From contig OY761556.1 of NCBI GenBank assembly GCA_963664705.1, forward strand, positions 6,560,001-6,624,000: 64,000 nt of DNA. Direction: 5' to 3'. Both the position numbers and the translations under genes were made by a program. Under the pieces are notes generated by a model, which was given only the letters and a program-made list of their open reading frames with translations, had not been told where the DNA came from and did no database searches. Origin of the DNA: Acidobacteriota bacterium. GTDB lineage: Bacteria; Acidobacteriota; UBA6911. Position 1 is the first letter of the stretch. Every line of letters starts with the position of its first letter. Below, one piece after another: positions 57,902 to 64,000 of this stretch.

Positions 57902-60900
57902 ACCCTGTCCGCAGTTCTTTGCTTCATGTATCGGTCACGCTGACCTTGACCGCGGCCCTGTTTGGCGCCGGGATCTATTCGCTGGTAAAGATGCCGAGGC
58001 GCGAAGATCCAAAGATCACAATTCGAACGGGGCTTGTTTCCGCGCAGTATCCGGGAGCCACGGCCGAGCAGGTGGAAAAGCAGGTCACCACCAAAATAGA
58101 AGAGCGGTTGTTCCGCTATGCCGAAGTACGCAAGGATCGCACCTTTTCCACCAGCCGTCCCAATGTTGTCATTATCAATGTCGAGTTGGAGGATTGGGTC
58201 ACGGCTCCGGACACGTTCTGGTCCAAACTGCGCCATGACATGAATCAGCTGCGGGCGGATCTGCCCAAGTCGGTGCGCGGGCCGGTGGTCGATTCCGACT
58301 TTGGCGACACGGTTGCAGTTTTGATAGCCGTGCGTGGGAGTCGCTATGGCTATCGGGAACTGAAAGATTATTCTCAAAGGATCGAGGAAGCATTGCGGAC
58401 GCTGCGTCCGGTATCAAAGATCAAGCGAGTGGGGGAGCAGCCCGAGGAAATTCAGATCACCAGCTCATTGGAACGCCTTGCCCAGTATTCGCTCGATCCG
58501 GTCAAAGTGGCCGGGGCTTTGCAGGGACGGAATTCCGTGGAATATGCCGGCAGCCTCGATTCCCCTGGCGGAGCGGTGCAACTCAATCCCAACGGGCCCT
58601 TTCAGACGGAAGACCAGATACGCCGCGTCATTGTGGATGTGTCTCCGCTGACCGGCCAGCCGGTGCATATTGGCGATGTGGCCGGCGTTCGACGCGGATA
58701 CAAGGACCTCGAGTTTGCCACGCGCTTTAACGGGGAACCTGCATTGATGCTGGCGGTGGAAATGCAGGAGGGGAACAACATCGTCGAGTTCGGTGATGCC
58801 CTGAGGGCGAAACTGGAGGAAGTGAAGAATGTTCTTCCGCCTGACATTCACATCGCTCTGGTGGCGGATCAGCCGCACATGGTCGGCGAGCGCATATCCC
58901 ATTTTATACGCGAGTTTGGAATTGCCATCGCCTCCGTCATCCTCGTGACCATTCTATTGCTGCCTTTTCATGTAGCCCTGATTGCAGCGCTGGCTATTCC
59001 CGTAACGGTTGCGGTTACCTTCGGCGCTCTCAACATTTTCGGCGTGGAGCTCCATCAGGTTTCCATCGCAGCGCTGATTGTTGTGCTGGGGATGGTGGTA
59101 GATGACGCTATTGTAATTGCCGACAACTACGTTGAACTTCTGGATCGCCGTGTGCCGATTGCCGAGGCCGCCTGGCGCTGCGCTTCTGAAATGGCCGTGC
59201 CCGTGTTGACCGCAACCCTTACGATCGTGGCCTCCTTCCTGCCGCTGCTGATGCTGTCCGGATCGGTGGGCGAGTTTATCCAGGCTCTGCCCATTGCCGT
59301 GGCGACGGCACTGCTGGTGTCCTACGCGGTGGCGATGCTGGTGACTCCGCTGCTTGCCCGTTTCTTTATCAAAAAGGGACTCAAGGAGGAGAATTCCGGG
59401 GGATGGCGCGCCCGTTTCAGTCCGCTGGCAATCATGAAAAACAACTATGTCCGGATCATTGCGCTGGCGATGAAACACAAGCCCCTGGTGCTCGCGGGTG
59501 CAGTGCTGGCTCTTGTGGCGGGGGTGTTGATGCTGCGGTTTGTTCCCCGACAGTTTTTCCCATCGGCAGAGCGCAACCAATTTGTGATTGATGTATTTGC
59601 TCCCGAGGGGACGCGCATCGGAGTTACCGATGGGATGGCGCGCCGCATTGAAAGCCATCTTGCCTCCGAACCGCTGGTTCGCAGCTACTCGACATTTCTG
59701 GGAGGGAGTGCCCCGCGGTTTTATTACAACGTCAACCCCCAACAGCCGGCATCCAATTATGCGCAGGTTTTGGTAAATACCAAGGCGGAGGAAGGAACCC
59801 CGGAACTGGCACACCAGCTGCGGGAGAAGCTTGCCAGGCTGACACCGGAAGCACTTGTGCTTGTGCGCGAGCTCCAGCAGGGGCATGTCATGGAGGCACC
59901 GGTCGAAATACGCATTTCGGGTGATGATCTGCCGACCTTGAAAGCCATCGGGGAACGGGCCAGGGATATTGTCCGAGGCATTCCGGGCGCCGTCTATACC
60001 CACAGCGATTACAGGGAAGACCTCTGGCAGATGCGCATTGATGTCAACGAAGAGGTCGCAAACCGCCTTGGGTTGAGCAATACCACTATTGCCCGCCAGC
60101 TTGCCGGCAGTTTTCACGGTCTGCCCGTTACAACATTTTGGGAAGGTGAACGCGCCGTGGATGTGACGCTGCGCGTTGAGGCGGATCGGCGAAAATCATT
60201 CGACAATGTGGAGAATGCTTATGTGACATCATTGTTGACGGGTGCCAAGGTGCCGCTGCGCGCTGTCGCGACATTCCGTCCTGATTGGGAAAGCGGCCGC
60301 ATTGTCCGCCGGAACGGAGTTCGGACGCTTACGGTTCGGACATTTCCCGATGAACACCACTTCGCCTCTCAGTTGCTTGCCTCGGCCAGGCCAAAGCTCG
60401 CAGCGCTCAGTCTGCCCGCCGGATATCAGATTCGATATGGAGGTGAAGCGGAAAAACAGGCGGAGACCTTTTCTGAATTGCTCGGGGCATTGGCGGTCAG
60501 TGCCGGAGCGATATTTCTGATCCTGCTATTCCAGTTCCGCTCGATTTCTGAAACGCTGGTGGTAATGACCTCGATACCCCTGGCTTTCCCCGGTGCCGTT
60601 GCAGGTTTGCTGTTGGTCGGCAATCCTTTTGGATTCACCGCCTTTATGGGGATCGTCAGTTTGGGAGGAATTGTTGTGAGAAATGCCATCATTCTGGTTG
60701 ATTACATCAAGGAGCGATTGCGCGAAGGTGAGGACCTGGAGCATGCGGCTATGGAGGCCGGCGTGCGCCGGTTGAGGCCTATCTTTCTCACCACCATGGC
60801 AGCCGCGGTTGGAGTGACTCCCATGATCCTGTCCGGATCCTCTTTATGGTCTCCGCTGGCAAGCACCATTGCAGTCGGGCTGATTGTTTCCATGTTTTTC

Positions 60901-62286
60901 ACGCTGATTGTTGTGCCGGTGATCTTCGTGATTGTCAAAAAGAAGTCGACCGGTCGGCTTGCGGGCAGCATGGTGGTGGGCATCCTGATGCTTGCCTTGG
61001 CTTCCTCTCCTGCTGCCAGGGCGGAACAAAGACGAATCACGCTGGAGGAAGCGGTGGGTTTGGCCACGGAACAAAACAGTTTGGTCAAACTGGCCGCGCT
61101 CAAGCTTCGGGAGGCTGAGGCAAAACAGACGCAGATGCGGGCCAACTACTTCCCCCAGATTGCCAATGAGTCGAGCCTGTATAACATCATCGAGAAGCAG
61201 AGAATTGTGCTGCCCGCCGGATCTCTCGGCACCATTCCTTCGCTAGGGCCGATTCCATCTTCGCCAACGACCGTTTATCAGGGTGGGCGAGCGTTGTTGC
61301 TAGCTCAAACAACGGCAGCCCAGCCGCTGACACAGCTTTTCAAAATACGGGAAGGGAATGCCGTTGCGCAGGCCGACCGTGCGATAGCAGGGACGCAGGT
61401 GGAGCGGGCCCGCGTTGAAATTGCGGCGAAGGTGAAGGAGGTTTATTACTCGCTGCTCGGTCTGCGGGCTCGTCAGCGTGCGGCAAAGGCGGCAATTGTT
61501 GCCGCGCAGGAGCGTTTGAAGGAGGGGCAGGATGCGGCGGAAACCGGCGTCTCACTCGAGGTCCGTGTGATGCAGGCACGTGCTGCTTTGCTGGAAAGCA
61601 GGCAGGCAGATTTGACCCTGGATATTCAAACGGGGGATCTCTGCCTGGAGTTGAATGAGCTTTTGGGGATCCCCCTGGATACGGAGCTTGAGCTGGTTCC
61701 GCCGGAGAAGGCGGTTGCGGTGCCCGCCCTGGAAGAGTGTGTCCACCGATCAACCGAGCAAAACCTGGAATTGAGATCGGCAAGGCAGACGGTGGAGAAA
61801 GCCCGTCACGGTGTTGCCGCGGCTAAAGCTGATTTCATTCCGGAACTCGGATTTTTTGCCCAGCATATTTATCAGCAGGGCGTTCCATTCCTTGCATCCA
61901 ACAACGGTGTCATCGGCCTGCGATTGAATCTCAATATCTGGGATTGGGGCAAAAGATCCGGGGTGATGCGGGAGCGGGAGGCACTGCTTGCCCAGGCAGA
62001 GGAAGAGCAACACCGAATCGAGCGCCGCATTCAAATTGACGTCGAGAAGGCATACCGGAGAGTCCAGCGCGTGACCAGCCTGGCGAGCGTCGCCAGGGAG
62101 GCCACAGCGGTACGACGGGAGGCGCAGCGCATTGCCGGAGATCAGTTTGAACTGGGGCTCAGCAGCCGGGCGGCCTATGAAGAGGCCAATGCCGCGGTTT
62201 ACGCCGCTGAAGGGGATCTGGTTGCGGCGGAATATCAAATTGCCGTGGCTGTCGCCGATCTTGATCGACTGTCGGGTTCCAAATAA
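57898..62286 (+). CDS. RND permease fused to a C-terminal TolC-like domain
   Basis: [38 protein letters not shown]; then a signal-like linker and OEP domain (ITLEEAV.LA..N, YFPQI, IWDWG). Confidence 0.9.
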   Translation: MNPVRSSLLHVSVTLTLTAALFGAGIYSLVKMPRREDPKITIRTGLVSAQYPGATAEQVEKQVTTKIEERLFRYAEVRKDRTFSTSRPNVVIINVELEDWVTAPDTFWSKLRHDMNQLRADLPKSVRGPVVDSDFGDTVAVLIAVRGSRYGYRELKDYSQRIEEALRTLRPVSKIKRVGEQPEEIQITSSLERLAQYSLDPVKVAGALQGRNSVEYAGSLDSPGGAVQLNPNGPFQTEDQIRRVIVDVSPLTGQPVHIGDVAGVRRGYKDLEFATRFNGEPALMLAVEMQEGNNIVEFGDALRAKLEEVKNVLPPDIHIALVADQPHMVGERISHFIREFGIAIASVILVTILLLPFHVALIAALAIPVTVAVTFGALNIFGVELHQVSIAALIVVLGMVVDDAIVIADNYVELLDRRVPIAEAAWRCASEMAVPVLTATLTIVASFLPLLMLSGSVGEFIQALPIAVATALLVSYAVAMLVTPLLARFFIKKGLKEENSGGWRARFSPLAIMKNNYVRIIALAMKHKPLVLAGAVLALVAGVLMLRFVPRQFFPSAERNQFVIDVFAPEGTRIGVTDGMARRIESHLASEPLVRSYSTFLGGSAPRFYYNVNPQQPASNYAQVLVNTKAEEGTPELAHQLREKLARLTPEALVLVRELQQGHVMEAPVEIRISGDDLPTLKAIGERARDIVRGIPGAVYTHSDYREDLWQMRIDVNEEVANRLGLSNTTIARQLAGSFHGLPVTTFWEGERAVDVTLRVEADRRKSFDNVENAYVTSLLTGAKVPLRAVATFRPDWESGRIVRRNGVRTLTVRTFPDEHHFASQLLASARPKLAALSLPAGYQIRYGGEAEKQAETFSELLGALAVSAGAIFLILLFQFRSISETLVVMTSIPLAFPGAVAGLLLVGNPFGFTAFMGIVSLGGIVVRNAIILVDYIKERLREGEDLEHAAMEAGVRRLRPIFLTTMAAAVGVTPMILSGSSLWSPLASTIAVGLIVSMFFTLIVVPVIFVIVKKKSTGRLAGSMVVGILMLALASSPAARAEQRRITLEEAVGLATEQNSLVKLAALKLREAEAKQTQMRANYFPQIANESSLYNIIEKQRIVLPAGSLGTIPSLGPIPSSPTTVYQGGRALLLAQTTAAQPLTQLFKIREGNAVAQADRAIAGTQVERARVEIAAKVKEVYYSLLGLRARQRAAKAAIVAAQERLKEGQDAAETGVSLEVRVMQARAALLESRQADLTLDIQTGDLCLELNELLGIPLDTELELVPPEKAVAVPALEECVHRSTEQNLELRSARQTVEKARHGVAAAKADFIPELGFFAQHIYQQGVPFLASNNGVIGLRLNLNIWDWGKRSGVMREREALLAQAEEEQHRIERRIQIDVEKAYRRVQRVTSLASVAREATAVRREAQRIAGDQFELGLSSRAAYEEANAAVYAAEGDLVAAEYQIAVAVADLDRLSGSK

Positions 62287-62314
62287 GCTATAGGATGAGA
62301 GGGAGGTTTCCCGG

Positions 62315-63139
62315 ATGGATCCCGATGTTAAAAAGATAGTCAGGGATAAATATGGAAAGGCTGCCAGCCTGGCGAAGGCCGGGGTGAGCGATTGCTGCGG
62401 GACGTCGGGTTCCTGCTGTTCCGTGGACCCCATAATCAAGAATCTGTACACATTCGACGAGATATTAGCGCTACCCAAAGAAGCGGTTGCCGCTTCTCTG
62501 GGCTGCGGGAATCCCACGGCCCTGGCGGCACTGAATCCAGGCGATGTTGTGCTCGATCTTGGATCGGGTGGCGGCATTGATGTTCTTCTTTCTGCCAAAC
62601 GCGTGGGTCCGCAGGGCAAAGTTTACGGGCTCGATATGACGGATGAGATGCTGGCGCTGGCGCGCGACAATCAGCAGAAAGCGGGAGCGACCAATGTCGA
62701 ATTTTTAAAGGGAGAAATCGAGGCTATTCCGCTGCCGGATAATAGTGTGGATGTGATTATCTCCAATTGCGTGATCAATCTTTCCGGTGACAAAGACAGA
62801 GTGCTGCGGGAGAGTTTTCGGGTTCTGAAGCCGGGCGGCCGGTTTGCAGTTTCCGATATCGTTGTTTTGGGAGACATTCCCGATATAGTGCGGAGAAGCG
62901 TCGAACTCTGGGCTGGGTGTGTTGCCGGAGCGCTGCATCGGGACGAATACCAGGCACGGCTCGTGAGTGCAGGCTTCGAGCAGGTGAGCATTGAGCCAAC
63001 CCGGATATATCGGGGGAAGGACATTGCCGGTGTTCTGGAAGGTACGGGGTTGAATGCCGATGCGGTCATTCCCTACATCGAAGGGAAGTTTGCCGGCGCG
63101 TTCATTCGCGCTCTGAAACCGTCCGTATCTATCCTCTGA
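62315..63139 (+). CDS. arsM: Arsenite S-adenosylmethionine methyltransferase
   Basis: CC..CC N-terminus, [36 protein letters not shown]. Confidence 0.93.
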   Translation: MDPDVKKIVRDKYGKAASLAKAGVSDCCGTSGSCCSVDPIIKNLYTFDEILALPKEAVAASLGCGNPTALAALNPGDVVLDLGSGGGIDVLLSAKRVGPQGKVYGLDMTDEMLALARDNQQKAGATNVEFLKGEIEAIPLPDNSVDVIISNCVINLSGDKDRVLRESFRVLKPGGRFAVSDIVVLGDIPDIVRRSVELWAGCVAGALHRDEYQARLVSAGFEQVSIEPTRIYRGKDIAGVLEGTGLNADAVIPYIEGKFAGAFIRALKPSVSIL

Positions 63140-64000
63140 AGTATTCGAGGATGTAGGTCGAAGCAAGAAACAGCATCATAATTCCCATTACTGCCTTGAT
63201 AAGAGCTTGCGGGAAGAATTTCTGCGCCCGGGCTCCGCAATACATTCCGACCAATCCTCCCAGCCCGAAGAGAATTCCCAAAGCCCAGTCGGGCGAGGTC
63301 GAAATGCCCGATCTGACGGGGATAATGCTATAAAAGGCCACTCCGGCAATGGAGGTTAGAAAGGTTCCCAGAAGCGCGGCTCCCGCAACCGTGTAGACGG
63401 GCAGACCAAAGAAGGTCACGCAAAAAGGGGAAATTATCGAGCCGCCGCCAATACCATAGATACCTCCGACCGTACCGACGACAAAAGACAGCAGAAGCAT
63501 CCGCGCGGTTTCAAAGGAGTACCGTTCCTGGCAGAACTCATATTCCACTCTCTTCAGAGAGAAATGATGAGACTGCACGGCGGTTGGCTCGGCGGATCCG
63601 GCTGGGAGACCGACAATGTTGCTTTTGCGGCGCGGATAGATTTCGCGCACAAGGCGTACCCCCACATAGAGGAGTACGAATCCGACAAACAGACGGAATG
63701 ATCTTGGATTCGGGAGAAAGCGCACGCGGATGAAATAGCCTAGGAGGACGCCAGGCAAAGTTCCGGCGATAATAATCCAGGTCAGAGGCCAGACCATGCG
63801 TCTTTCACGCATGTAGCGATACACTCCGCTTGGAATGGCGACGATGTTATAGACAAAATTCGTTGCGCTCACCGAAGGGGAGAGAAAATGAAGAAAACTG
63901 ATTTGGAAAGGCAGAAGAAGGAAGGCTCCGGAAACTCCGCCCATGGAAGCCAGGAATGAGACGGCGAAGGCTACCAGCGGAGGAATGAAGATCCAGGTGC
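63129..64000 (-). CDS. TauE/SafE sulfite-exporter family permease (5' end outside the window)
   Basis: SMGGVSGAFLLLP..GGIYGIGGG..GMYCGA; multiple TMs; frame stays open to the window edge. Confidence 0.88.
   Translation of the reverse strand, partial: TWIFIPPLVAFAVSFLASMGGVSGAFLLLPFQISFLHFLSPSVSATNFVYNIVAIPSGVYRYMRERRMVWPLTWIIIAGTLPGVLLGYFIRVRFLPNPRSFRLFVGFVLLYVGVRLVREIYPRRKSNIVGLPAGSAEPTAVQSHHFSLKRVEYEFCQERYSFETARMLLLSFVVGTVGGIYGIGGGSIISPFCVTFFGLPVYTVAGAALLGTFLTSIAGVAFYSIIPVRSGISTSPDWALGILFGLGGLVGMYCGARAQKFFPQALIKAVMGIMMLFLASTYILEYFRG

Overview
A GC-rich bacterial chromosome segment, probably from an anaerobic Acidobacteriota-like organism (inferred from gene content). From left to right it carries: (1) a Tat-exported sulfite-oxidase-family molybdoenzyme; (2) a dense signalling region with six PAS histidine kinases, response regulators, an MCP and CheW; (3) two PQQ-like beta-propeller proteins, a Zn alcohol dehydrogenase and an aldehyde:ferredoxin oxidoreductase interrupted by one in-frame TAG; (4) an LPXTG-like surface protein, P-II and a frameshifted ammonium transporter; (5) a MacAB-TolC-type exporter; (6) two TetR-regulated RND operons, each with the RND permease fused to a TolC-like domain through an internal signal-peptide-like linker; (7) a 2-oxoacid:ferredoxin oxidoreductase/GltD-like operon, arsM and a TauE exporter. 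The most unusual object is a ~1.8 kb insert (40623-42436) encoding two paralogous DUF1670-like proteins. It is preceded by a 24-bp-stem hairpin, has an IS1-type A-AAA-AAC -1 slippery site between the genes, and has no recognisable transposase, so it is a candidate uncharacterised mobile element. Intergenic DNA holds several REP/MITE-like repeat families. No rRNA, tRNA or CRISPR array was seen. All family assignments are from motif recognition by eye, not from database searches.
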